DNA from: an uncultured Acidobacteriota bacterium
GTDB taxonomy: Bacteria > Acidobacteriota > Thermoanaerobaculia > Gp7-AA8
Reading direction: 5' to 3'
Length of the DNA: 64,000 nucleotides
Assembly (NCBI GenBank): GCA_963741955.1
Contig: CAVUKB010000007.1
Span: 352,001 to 416,000 of the forward strand
Shown here: positions 19,397 to 28,456 of the stretch, in pieces
Numbering within the stretch: position 1 is the first letter of the stretch
Layout of the letters: the number at the start of each line of letters is the position of its first letter
The notes under the pieces: model-generated
The model's input: only the letters and a program-made list of their open reading frames with translations
What the model was told of the DNA's origin: nothing
Databases searched by the model: none
Program-made: the position numbers and the translations under genes

Positions 19397-21559
19397 CTAC
19401 TTGGCTTCGGTGTTTCTTTCCCCCCTCCCCCGCAAAGGCGAAGCATCGGGGATTGGCTCGCCCCAGATGTAGTGGCTGAACCAGTCGAGGTTCGTCTGCA
19501 GTACCGCGAGGTTCGACTTCGGTTTCGTGATCGGATGCCCGAAGCCGGGATAGACCACCATCGTCACCGGCACCTTCTCGTCGCGGAGACCGCGATAGAG
19601 CTCATACCCGTTCGGGATCGGGACGCGCGCGTCGTTTCCTCCGTGCTGGATCAAAGTCGGCGTGCTCGCGTTCCTGATGGTCGTGATCGGCGACGTCTTC
19701 GCGTAGATCTCCGGATCGTCCCACGGCGTCGCGTGGAGGTACTGACGGGTGAATGGGGTGATGTCGGTGTTGACGTAGTACGTCATCCAGTCGCTGATCC
19801 CCGCTCCGACGGAGATGGCCTCGAAGCGATTCGTGTTCGTCGTGAGGAACGCCGAGATGTATCCTCCTTCGCTCCATCCCATCGATCCGAGCCGCTTCGG
19901 GTCGACCATCCCGCGGTCGATCAGCGCGTCCACGCCGCTCATCACGTCCCACATGTCGCCGACGCCGAGATTCCGAACGTTGAGCGCGCGGAAGGCGGAG
20001 CCGTAGCCGGCGCTTCCGCGGTAGTTGGGCTCGAGCACCAGCGCTCCCTTCGCCAGGAATTGCTCGATCGGGTAGTAGTGGCTCCGCGCCGCCGGGAGCG
20101 GGAGCGAGATGCCGGTCGGGCCGCCGTGGATCACGACGAGGAGCGGATACTTTCGATGAGGATCGAAGTCGGCCGGCTTGTGCAGGACCCCTTCGATCAT
20201 CGCGCCGTCGCGGCTCTTCCAGGAGACGACCTCCGTCGTGCCGAGGGTCCATCCTTTCACCTGTGAGGTCATATCGGTGAGTGGTGCGGGACGAAACGGG
20301 GAGAGCGCGGAGACGTAGATCTCCGTGAGGTGCGTCGCATCGGGGGCGGCGTACGCCAGCGTGCGCCCGTCGGGGGTGAACGACGCGGCGCGTACCACGA
20401 GCTGGTCCGGCTCAGTGAGCCGGCTGATCTCGCGCGTCGATGGTTCGATGCGGAAGAGATGACTGGTGGTCTTCTGGAGCGCGATGAAGTGGATCCCGCC
20501 GGCATCCCAGTCGATGGGACTCGCATCCTCGTCGAACGAGGCAGTGAGGTCTTCGACGTCGGAGGGCGAGCTCGCTTCGTGCTGGAGGACCTTCGCGAGC
20601 TTCACCGCCGCGATGTGCTGATTGGTGTAGAAGTAATACGCCGCTCCGAGGGAAGTGTTGAACGCGAGGCTTGTTCCGTCGGGAGAGAAGAGCGGATTTC
20701 CGTCCGGACCGGGAAGGGCGACGATGCGCCGGACGGCGTTCTTCCGGGTGAGATCGACGAGGTAGATGTCCGACTCGCCGCCGTGCGCGAGGAGCGGATC
20801 GGGGGTCGCATCGAAGGCGATGGCATGGCCGTCCGGCGACCAGTCGATGCTCTCGACGTTGAGGGCGGGATCGCCGGTCACCTGCTGCGCTTCGACCGGC
20901 AGCTGCCTCTTCTCCGCGGTGGCGACGTCGACGGTCCAGATCTGGTTCTGTTCGAAGTCGCGCTCGACGACCTGATACTTGCTGTACGTCTTCTCGCGCG
21001 TCTTCGCCGCTTTCGACTCCGGCTCGGGGGCGAGGAAGGCGATCGCCTTGCCGTCGCGGGACCAGACGAAGTCGGAGATCCTCGAAGAGTGTTTCGTGAG
21101 CATCCACGCCTCACCACCGGTGGGTGAGATGAGCCAGATCTGTCGCGCCTCCGGCTTGCCGTCGTGCCCCGGCTCTTTCTCCTTCTCTTCCTTTGACTCG
21201 TCGGCATCAGGTTTCTTCGGTTCGACTGCACCGGACTCCCGTTCGGTCATGAACGCGATCCAGCGTCCGTCCGGTGACCATCGGGCGTGCTCGGCCGATT
21301 TCTTCCCCCGGGTGAGCTGAAAGTTCTTTGTCCCCGCCGCGTCGGCGAGCCACAGCTGATCGACGTAGGCGTTCTCCTTCCAGTCGGTCTGCTGGCGTTG
21401 GTAGACGACCCAGTGGCCGTCAGGAGAGATCTCGGGGCGGCTGACGGATTCCAGGTTCAATCCTTCGACCAGGGTAGGGACCGCGGCGCTGAGGGGAAGC
21501 GACGCCGCGGGAAGAAGAACGGCCAGAAGGGCGACGAGGGGGATCAGTGAGACTCTCAT
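19397..21559 (-). CDS. Secreted S9-family peptidase (acylaminoacyl/dipeptidyl peptidase) with PD40 propeller
   Basis: Signal peptide, WSPDG repeats, IHGGP, NYRGSAGYG, nucleophile GWSEGG, D.RV and GH. Confidence 0.93.
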   Translation of the reverse strand: MRVSLIPLVALLAVLLPAASLPLSAAVPTLVEGLNLESVSRPEISPDGHWVVYQRQQTDWKENAYVDQLWLADAAGTKNFQLTRGKKSAEHARWSPDGRWIAFMTERESGAVEPKKPDADESKEEKEKEPGHDGKPEARQIWLISPTGGEAWMLTKHSSRISDFVWSRDGKAIAFLAPEPESKAAKTREKTYSKYQVVERDFEQNQIWTVDVATAEKRQLPVEAQQVTGDPALNVESIDWSPDGHAIAFDATPDPLLAHGGESDIYLVDLTRKNAVRRIVALPGPDGNPLFSPDGTSLAFNTSLGAAYYFYTNQHIAAVKLAKVLQHEASSPSDVEDLTASFDEDASPIDWDAGGIHFIALQKTTSHLFRIEPSTREISRLTEPDQLVVRAASFTPDGRTLAYAAPDATHLTEIYVSALSPFRPAPLTDMTSQVKGWTLGTTEVVSWKSRDGAMIEGVLHKPADFDPHRKYPLLVVIHGGPTGISLPLPAARSHYYPIEQFLAKGALVLEPNYRGSAGYGSAFRALNVRNLGVGDMWDVMSGVDALIDRGMVDPKRLGSMGWSEGGYISAFLTTNTNRFEAISVGAGISDWMTYYVNTDITPFTRQYLHATPWDDPEIYAKTSPITTIRNASTPTLIQHGGNDARVPIPNGYELYRGLRDEKVPVTMVVYPGFGHPITKPKSNLAVLQTNLDWFSHYIWGEPIPDASPLRGRGERNTEAK

Positions 21560-21735
21560 AGTGGCTCTCCTCCGATACGCGTAACAGCATATCCCCGCGA
21601 TGTACCGAATGCCGATCGTGACGGATCGTCACCTGCAACGTCACTGGTTCCGCAGGTCGTGGGCCCGGCGGATGCGATCCGGGACGAAGCATCCGTGCGG
21701 GCCGCTTTTCGATACACTGCAACACCGGTCCGATC

Positions 21736-24510
21736 ATGAAACCGCGTCTCGCCGTCGGAATTCTCCTCGTCCTCATCGCATGGCAAGTCCTCGCGACGGA
21801 ACCCGCCGGCGCGCGTGTGCCGTACGACATGACCGTGGTGGCGGAGGCGCCGCATCCCACCCTGAAGACTTTGCAGGGCATCGAAGTCCCGCTCCGTCTG
21901 CGCAATGACGGCGCGATTCCGTGGACGCCGGAGAAGCATTTCTTCGTCGCGTACCACTGGTATTCGCCGACTGGTTCCGTCGTCGCCTGGGACGGGCTGC
22001 GAACGCCGCTCCCGCACGAGGTGCGTCCGGGAGAGGAGATCGAGTTGAAGGCCCGGCTCGAGACACCACGCGCTCCGGGCCCGTATCTCCTCCAATGGGA
22101 TGTCGTCCAGGAGTCGGTCACCTGGATCTCGGAGAAGGATCCGACGCCTCCGCGGCAGGTGCGGGTCACGGTGACATACGCTCCGGTTTCCCACTCCTTC
22201 AGAATTCTTCGGGCGAGAACGCCGTGGTTCGCATGGGCGGGACAGGAGCGGACGATACCGATCACCGTTCGGAACGACGGCACGGCCGCCTGGTCTCCTG
22301 GTGCCGGTTTTCACTTTGCGTATCACTGGAACCACGAAGATCCTGCGAAACGGATTTTCGATGGAGAAAGGAGCGCGCTTCCGGGAGTGGTGAAGCCCGG
22401 GGCGACGGTGGTCGTCGCGGCGCGACTTCGTGCGCCGCGGTTGGCCGGTCTGTACGCGCTCCAGTGGGACATGGTTCAGGAGAACGTGACGTGGTTCTCG
22501 AATCGGGATCCGGCTCCGAAGCCGTTCCACACGGTTCTCGTCCTTCCGATGCCACTGACCCGCGTGCGTGATGCGACGGTGGTCGCACTTCTCGCTCTCG
22601 TTCTGGTGTGCGTCGCGGCAGCACGACCGGACCGGTGGCCGCGGCTCACCGCCGTGGCGTCGATGGCCGATCTGATCTGCGCCGGCGCGGCCCTTCTCGC
22701 AAAGCAGCCGGTGGTGCTCAAAGAGGTTCGATTTCCTTCGGGATGGAGTCTCACTGCGGTGATGCTCTCGGGAGTCGTCGCCGTTCTGATCGTGTTGAGC
22801 TTTCTGCCGGAAAGAATGCGGCCCTGGGCTGCGGTCGGCGTGAACGCCGTCGCGACGCTCCTCGTCGTCGCGGATCTCGTTCACCTCCGGTTCTTCGGCG
22901 ACGTGATCTCGGTGAGCGGGATCGGCGGTGCGTCGCAGCTCGGCCAGGTCGTGGAGAGTATCCGCACTCTGCTGCGTCCACGCGACCTGTGGCTCGTCGC
23001 GGATCTCCTCCCGGCGGGACTCGTTGCATATCGGATGCGGGCTCTCCCGCGCGGAAGCGTGCGCCTGAAGCGCCTCGTCGCGCTCGTCCTCGCGCCGGCG
23101 CTCGTGCCGGGGCTTCTGATGGCGTGGCAGATCGGCCACGCGACCAGCGGGGAGTTCGTCCAGAATTTTCAGAACATCTACCTGGTGCGTGACCTCGGCG
23201 TTCTGAATTATCACCTCGAGGATCTGTGGTCTCATGCCAGGGCTACTCTCTTTCAGCCGGAGCTGACCGACGCGCGCAAGAAGGAGATCGCACGATGGTT
23301 CGCGGCAACCGAAGCACGCCGCGCCGGCACCGGTCCATGGTTCGGGGTCGCCCGTGGAGAAAACCTCCTGATGCTGCAGGTCGAGTCGATGCAGGGGTTC
23401 GTGATCGGGATGCGGGTGAACGGTCAGGAGATCACACCGAATCTCAACCGCTGGAGGGAAGAGGCGCTCTGGTTCTCCCACTGCAGCGATCAGACTGCGC
23501 AGGGGAGAACCTCCGACGGTGAGCTCACCACGCAGGTCTCGCTCCTCCCTCTCTCCGCCGGAGCGGCGGCTTTCCGCTATGGCGGGAATCACTACGACGC
23601 GGTCGCGGGAATCCTTCGTGACGAGGGGTATCAGACGCTCGCAGCGGTTCCGTTCGACGGTGCCTTCTGGAATCGCCTGGTCACTCATCCGGAGTACGGG
23701 TACGACACGAATCTCTACGGCAAAGCGTTCAAAGAGGGGATTCGGGTCGGATGGGGAGTGAACGACCGCGACTTTCTCCGCCAGATGGTGCCGAAGCTCA
23801 CAGCACTCCACCAACCATTCTGCGCATTTCTGATCACCCTTTCGAATCACCATCCTTACGAGAACTTTCCCGACGCCTTGAAGGAGCTCGATCTGGGGAA
23901 ACTCGAAGGAACTTCGTTCGGCAACTACCTTCACGGAATGCATTTCTTCGACCAGGCCTTCGGCGAGTTTCTCCGCGAGCTCGAGAAGACGGGCCTCCTC
24001 CGGCGGACGGTGATCGCAGTCTGGGGCGACCACGAAGCGGGCTTCGAGTGGAATGACGGATTTGCGCGTGCGATCGGTCGCCAGCCGTCGGAGATCGACT
24101 ATTACGCGGCACGTCAGGTGCCGCTTCTGATCAGGGTTCCCGGCGCAACCGGCGTGCTTCACGGCGAGCGTTCGATGAGATCCGGACATCTGGACGTCGG
24201 GCCGACCGTGCTCGCGCTTCTCGGCGTCGATCCCGCGAAGCACGCGATGCTCGGAAGGAATCTGCTCGGAGAGCCGAGCGGGCCGGTCGTCATCCAGTAC
24301 GGAGCCTGGCTGGATGACCGGAAGCTCTATCTTCCGGACGGCCCGTCGTTCGAGGATGGCCGTTGCTTCGATCTCGGAACGCGAAGCCAGCTGCCGCTCG
24401 AGGAGTGTCGAGATGAGGACCGTTTCGCGCGGAGCGAGATGGAAATCTCACGAGACGTGATCGTGCACGATCTGAGGCTTCCCCTGGAGAAGGCGCTCGC
24501 GGCTCACTGA
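21736..24510 (+). CDS. LTA synthase/sulfatase-family membrane protein with two N-terminal Ig-like domains
   Basis: Signal peptide, two ~110-aa repeats (N.G...W...YHW...LP..V.PG...G.Y.LQWD.VQE), about 5 TM helices, then LQVES, GRTSDGE (catalytic Thr position), SNHHPY and WGDH. Confidence 0.88.
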   Translation: MKPRLAVGILLVLIAWQVLATEPAGARVPYDMTVVAEAPHPTLKTLQGIEVPLRLRNDGAIPWTPEKHFFVAYHWYSPTGSVVAWDGLRTPLPHEVRPGEEIELKARLETPRAPGPYLLQWDVVQESVTWISEKDPTPPRQVRVTVTYAPVSHSFRILRARTPWFAWAGQERTIPITVRNDGTAAWSPGAGFHFAYHWNHEDPAKRIFDGERSALPGVVKPGATVVVAARLRAPRLAGLYALQWDMVQENVTWFSNRDPAPKPFHTVLVLPMPLTRVRDATVVALLALVLVCVAAARPDRWPRLTAVASMADLICAGAALLAKQPVVLKEVRFPSGWSLTAVMLSGVVAVLIVLSFLPERMRPWAAVGVNAVATLLVVADLVHLRFFGDVISVSGIGGASQLGQVVESIRTLLRPRDLWLVADLLPAGLVAYRMRALPRGSVRLKRLVALVLAPALVPGLLMAWQIGHATSGEFVQNFQNIYLVRDLGVLNYHLEDLWSHARATLFQPELTDARKKEIARWFAATEARRAGTGPWFGVARGENLLMLQVESMQGFVIGMRVNGQEITPNLNRWREEALWFSHCSDQTAQGRTSDGELTTQVSLLPLSAGAAAFRYGGNHYDAVAGILRDEGYQTLAAVPFDGAFWNRLVTHPEYGYDTNLYGKAFKEGIRVGWGVNDRDFLRQMVPKLTALHQPFCAFLITLSNHHPYENFPDALKELDLGKLEGTSFGNYLHGMHFFDQAFGEFLRELEKTGLLRRTVIAVWGDHEAGFEWNDGFARAIGRQPSEIDYYAARQVPLLIRVPGATGVLHGERSMRSGHLDVGPTVLALLGVDPAKHAMLGRNLLGEPSGPVVIQYGAWLDDRKLYLPDGPSFEDGRCFDLGTRSQLPLEECRDEDRFARSEMEISRDVIVHDLRLPLEKALAAH

Positions 24511-24552
24511 CGGGTGCGTCCCTCTCGACGAAATCCCGCGAATGGTGCCCGA

Positions 24553-24727
24553 GGAGCGCCGGCTTCAAGCCGGCTGCGTGCGGGCCGCCGTGCCTGCACG
24601 CGACAATCTGGCGGTGGCGTATGACTCTCGCGTTCAGTGTGAATGCGAAAGGGTGGCGAGCACGGGATGCTCGCAACGAGCCGGCAGGGATGCCGGCGCT
24701 CCAGAGTCAGGGATGCCGGCGCTCCAG
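24553..24727. repeat. REPIN-like cluster of GGAGCGCCGGC palindromes with a 20-bp tandem duplication
   Basis: GGAGCGCCGGCTTCAAGCCGGC (24553-24574,+) and GCCGGCAGGGATGCCGGCGCTCC (24680-24702,-). CAGGGATGCCGGCGCTCCAG is repeated at 24685 and 24708. Confidence 0.75.
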
Positions 24728-24758
24728 CGGTCACCCCCGGTCGTCTCCGAAGCCGCGG

Positions 24759-24786
24759 TGCGATCGGCAGAGCTCTGCCGATCGCA
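24759..24786. terminator. Perfect 28-bp palindrome between convergent genes (possible bidirectional terminator or stability hairpin)
   Basis: TGCGATCGGCAGAG|CTCTGCCGATCGCA, 16 nt past the stop of the SBP gene; no U-tract. Confidence 0.45.
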
Positions 24787-24802
24787 TCGGGAACGAGGAA
24801 GG

Positions 24803-26260
24803 TCAGGCGGCGCAGTCGAATTCGGCGAAGGTCGGGATTCCGGTCACCGGAATGGGGCTCCCGTGAACCCGGCGAGAACGGACGGTGACGTTCGGTGCGT
24901 CGATGAGCGGGATCAATGGCACTTCTTCGAGCAGCAGGTCGATGATCGACCGGAGAACCGGTTCGGATGGATCGAGTCGGAACGTACGCAGCGCCGCGTC
25001 GACCGCGTCGTTGCGGAAACGGGCCACGTTCGGACGGAATTCGGTGGTAGGAACGTTGCTCGATGAAAGGAGAGCGCAGAGATACTCCACCGGATCGGGA
25101 TTGTCGGCCACCCATCCGGCGAGAGCGAGATCCCAGTCTCCGCGGACGAGCGAATCGAAGAACTCTCCGGGGGTTTGAGGGATCTTCAGATCAACCGCAA
25201 TTCCGATCGCTCCCAGTTGCCGGGCGATCTCGCGTCCGACCGGAAGCGGCTTGGGGAGATAGGGTCGCGGGCCCCAGGGAATCAGGAGCGAGACCCGCGT
25301 CGGGCGAGTGACTCCTTTGGTGTTGAAGATCGCCTGCGTCGCGACCGGATCCTGCCGGATCGTTCCGCGGTGCTTGCCCATGATCGGAGGAAGGTAGCCG
25401 GATGCGACGAAGGCGACCGGATTCCGATCGAACGTCTGTTCGGCGATCTTCTCCACCACCAGCGCGTGAGCGATCGCTTTACGCACCATCCGGTTCGAGA
25501 ATGCCGCCGACTCGGTGTTGAAAAAGAGAAATCCGGTCGAGTCGCCGGGATGAAGGGTCGGAACCATCGGGAGGCGGTTCCGCGTCACTTCCTCCATCTG
25601 GAGGGCATTGGTGAAATCGACGTCGCCACCGCGGATCGCTTCGATCAGTGCCGACGGCGAGCCGTCGCTTCCGGCTGGAAAGACCCGGAACTCGATCTCC
25701 TCGAACGGAAGCTGCCCGGCGTGGAAGGGGTTGGCGACGAGACGCATCGTCTCCTTCCGCCCGTTCATTCCGTCGGCTGGATCGAGCATGAATGCTCCGG
25801 TGCCGAGCAGAGCGCTTCCTTTCTGGAGGGCGATGCCGTAGTTCGTCTGCGCGAGAATCCACGCATACCGTGCGTTCGGCTCCCGGAGCCGGATCCAGAC
25901 CCGGTCACCCTTCGCTTCGAATCGGGCCGACCCGTCGTTGCCGCTCGCGCGGTTGAGCGCACGCGCGGCCAACTCCGCAGTGAGAGGAGTGCCGTCCGAA
26001 AAATGAACGTCGTTCCGGATCGATGCCGACCAGCAGGTGTAGCGCTCGAGGCCGGCCTCTTCGCGAAGCGGTTCGGAGAACAGCAGCGGCTCGGCGACGT
26101 CCGGGCGTGAGTGGAAAACGTATGGCGTTTGAAAGATCTGATTGATGACGAGAGCCGAGATGGTGTCCGACGCCGCGTGCGGATCGAGAGTCCTCGGCGG
26201 GCTGGTGATTCCCACCCGAAATGCCTTGCGCGTTACGGGGGGAGCGATGGCTGTACTCAT
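24803..26260 (-). CDS. Family-5 (DppA/OppA-like) solute-binding protein with no signal peptide
   Basis: TLDP, FSDGTPLTA, GTGAF, VRKAIAHAL, IGIAV, GW..D.PDP and P.IPL motifs; hydrophilic N-terminus. Confidence 0.8.
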   Translation of the reverse strand: MSTAIAPPVTRKAFRVGITSPPRTLDPHAASDTISALVINQIFQTPYVFHSRPDVAEPLLFSEPLREEAGLERYTCWSASIRNDVHFSDGTPLTAELAARALNRASGNDGSARFEAKGDRVWIRLREPNARYAWILAQTNYGIALQKGSALLGTGAFMLDPADGMNGRKETMRLVANPFHAGQLPFEEIEFRVFPAGSDGSPSALIEAIRGGDVDFTNALQMEEVTRNRLPMVPTLHPGDSTGFLFFNTESAAFSNRMVRKAIAHALVVEKIAEQTFDRNPVAFVASGYLPPIMGKHRGTIRQDPVATQAIFNTKGVTRPTRVSLLIPWGPRPYLPKPLPVGREIARQLGAIGIAVDLKIPQTPGEFFDSLVRGDWDLALAGWVADNPDPVEYLCALLSSSNVPTTEFRPNVARFRNDAVDAALRTFRLDPSEPVLRSIIDLLLEEVPLIPLIDAPNVTVRSRRVHGSPIPVTGIPTFAEFDCAA

Positions 26261-26654
26261 TTCGATGACCTCTTCATCCGTGGTCCGTTCCTGCGTTTGC
26301 GAGGGAAACAGACCGGTCCTCTACTAATCCCGAACACGAATTATCGGATGCCCCACACATTTCCGCCATACGGCTTTAGTTAGTGTACTTGTGATTACTT
26401 TGGATAGGGGGTAATCCGGAATAGTCCGGGCGAGACCTCTCCAAACGACATACATCCTGGTGTCTGCGTCGCGTAAGACCCGACCCCGCGACGATCTTCC
26501 GGCAGAGTCGAGGCGGAAGCGACGACGCCGGGACGTGCGGCCGTCGGGCCGATCGAATGGAATCGCCACCTCTTCCCCCTTCTCGTTCGGCCGGAGCCGC
26601 CGACTCGCGGCGGACGCGATATCATTCACGGCAGAAAAGGGGGAAGGAAATTCG

Positions 26655-27383
26655 ATGGATCGACAGGAACGACAGCGACTGGTGGAGCGACGCGAACGAG
26701 GCACGATCCGTCATCCCGGCACGAACTACGGCACCTCGGTCGAAGGAGTCCCGCTGACGGTGTTTCTTCCCGACTCCGGGAGCGCATCCATTCTCATCCT
26801 CGCTTCCATTCATGGCGACGAGTCGGAAACCACCGTGGTGCTGTCGGAAGCACTGCGATGCATTCCCCGGGGCGATCTGAGATCCGCCGTGATTCTCTGC
26901 GGCAACCCCGACGGGATGGTGCGGGGTACCCGCGCCAATGCGCGAGGCGTTGATCTGAACCGGAACTTCCCTACTTCCAACTGGTCTGCGGAGCCGGTCT
27001 GCTACAAGAGCCGCGAGAGCGACGCGCGGGACATCGCTCTGAGTCCCGGTACGCACGCAGGCTCGGAACCCGAAACGGGCGCGCTCGTCCAACTCGTCGG
27101 GAAATTGAAGGTGCGCGCCGTGGTCACTCTCCATTCCGCTTTGGCCTGCGTCGACGATGCGGACGGATCGTTTCTCGGGCGGCAGCTCGCCACCCGTTCC
27201 GCTCTCCCTCTGGAGATCGAGATCGGGTATCCCACCCCGGGATCGATGGGCACCTGGGCCGGCGAACAGAAGCTGAACCTGGTGACGTACGAGCTCGAGC
27301 CTGCCTCACCCTACGACCTGAAGGATCGTCACGTGCCGATCATGATCGATCTCATGACCGGCAGGTTCGAGCTCGACGAATAG
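26655..27383 (+). CDS. mpaA: Murein tripeptide amidase (M14 zinc peptidase)
   Basis: R.ERG....PG..YG.SVEG.PL start, ASIHGDESE, NPDG, RANARGVDLNRNFP, LH and YPTPGS.G.W. Confidence 0.88.
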   Translation: MDRQERQRLVERRERGTIRHPGTNYGTSVEGVPLTVFLPDSGSASILILASIHGDESETTVVLSEALRCIPRGDLRSAVILCGNPDGMVRGTRANARGVDLNRNFPTSNWSAEPVCYKSRESDARDIALSPGTHAGSEPETGALVQLVGKLKVRAVVTLHSALACVDDADGSFLGRQLATRSALPLEIEIGYPTPGSMGTWAGEQKLNLVTYELEPASPYDLKDRHVPIMIDLMTGRFELDE

Positions 27384-27385
27384 TC

Positions 27386-28267
27386 ATGCACATTCTCATA
27401 ACCGATTCGGGCGTGGGGGGGCTGTCGGTCTGCGCCTACGCAGAAAGATTCCTCCGGCTCAACGGATTCCGCGAGCCGGTCCGGCTGACCTTCGCCAATG
27501 CCGCCCCGGAGAACGACTACGGCTACAACTCGATGGGGTCGAGAGAGGAGAAGCTGAAGACGTTCGACCGATTCCTTCGGAACGTGACCACTCGATTTGC
27601 TCCCGATTCGATCTACGTCGCGTGCAATACGCTCTCCGTCCTCCTTTCCGACACTCGCTACACCGCAACGGCAGCCATACCGGTGAAGGGGATCGTCGAA
27701 ACAGGGTCCGAGCTTCTTCTCCGGGAGCTTCGATCGTACCCGCGGAGCGTCGCGATGATCTTCGGAACGCAGACCACCATCGAGGCAGGCACGTATCCTC
27801 GATTGCTGAAGGAGCGGGGGATCGAAGTGGAGCGGATCGTCAGCCAGGCCTGTCCGGGGCTGGCGGACACGATCTCCGAAGATCGTGCGGGAGCGAGAAC
27901 GGCGTCCGAGATCGGGAAGTGGGTGCGTGCGGCGGTTGAAAAACCGGAACGGTTGGACCCTTCCTGCATCGCATATCTCGCGTGCACCCATTACGGGTAT
28001 CGCAGTGAGCTCTTCGCTGCCGCCTTCGCCGAGGCGGGGATCGAGGCGACGGTGCTGAATCCGAACGAACGTGCGGTCGAGGACCTGTTCGGCACCGCGG
28101 GCGGCTCGGCGCGGAACGAGCCTCAGCTCGACATCGACGTGCAATTCTTCACCAGGTACAGGATTCCGGACGCGACGGTGGAAACGCTCACGTACTTTCT
28201 CGGCGACATCGCCCCGGCGACGGTCGACGCGATGCAGAATTTCGTGACCATCCCCGATCTGTTCTGA
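27386..28267 (+). CDS. Aspartate/glutamate racemase family (MurI-like)
   Basis: DSGVGGLS, ACNT and ACTHY two-cysteine motifs; 2 nt after the mpaA stop. Confidence 0.85.
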   Translation: MHILITDSGVGGLSVCAYAERFLRLNGFREPVRLTFANAAPENDYGYNSMGSREEKLKTFDRFLRNVTTRFAPDSIYVACNTLSVLLSDTRYTATAAIPVKGIVETGSELLLRELRSYPRSVAMIFGTQTTIEAGTYPRLLKERGIEVERIVSQACPGLADTISEDRAGARTASEIGKWVRAAVEKPERLDPSCIAYLACTHYGYRSELFAAAFAEAGIEATVLNPNERAVEDLFGTAGGSARNEPQLDIDVQFFTRYRIPDATVETLTYFLGDIAPATVDAMQNFVTIPDLF

Positions 28268-28402
28268 CGAAGTCTCCCCGGACCTCTCTCATGCTCTCAG
28301 TTCCGGAGGCGGCGTGCCTCGCGGTGGCGTGATCCGGGTCGATGCGACAGATCATACGGATGATGCCTGCTGGGAGCGCTCGTCAGACACCACATTCACT
28401 CG

Positions 28403-28431
28403 TTGACCTCAGCCCTCACCACGCGTAGCAT
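28403..28431 (+). promoter_or_regulatory. Sigma70-type promoter
   Basis: TTGACC-17 nt-TAGCAT, followed by a GGAGG RBS and the ATG at 28457. Confidence 0.6.
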
Positions 28432-28456
28432 CATTGCTTCCCCTGGAGGACAGATC

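Noticed and set aside
21556-24243. 895-aa minus-strand ORF
   Set aside because: Antisense shadow of the LtaS-like gene; Arg/His/Pro-rich with no motifs, as expected in high-GC DNA.
24685-24727. 20-bp direct repeats as a mini-CRISPR
   Set aside because: Only two copies separated by 3 nt, with no spacers and no cas genes; better explained as a REP duplication.
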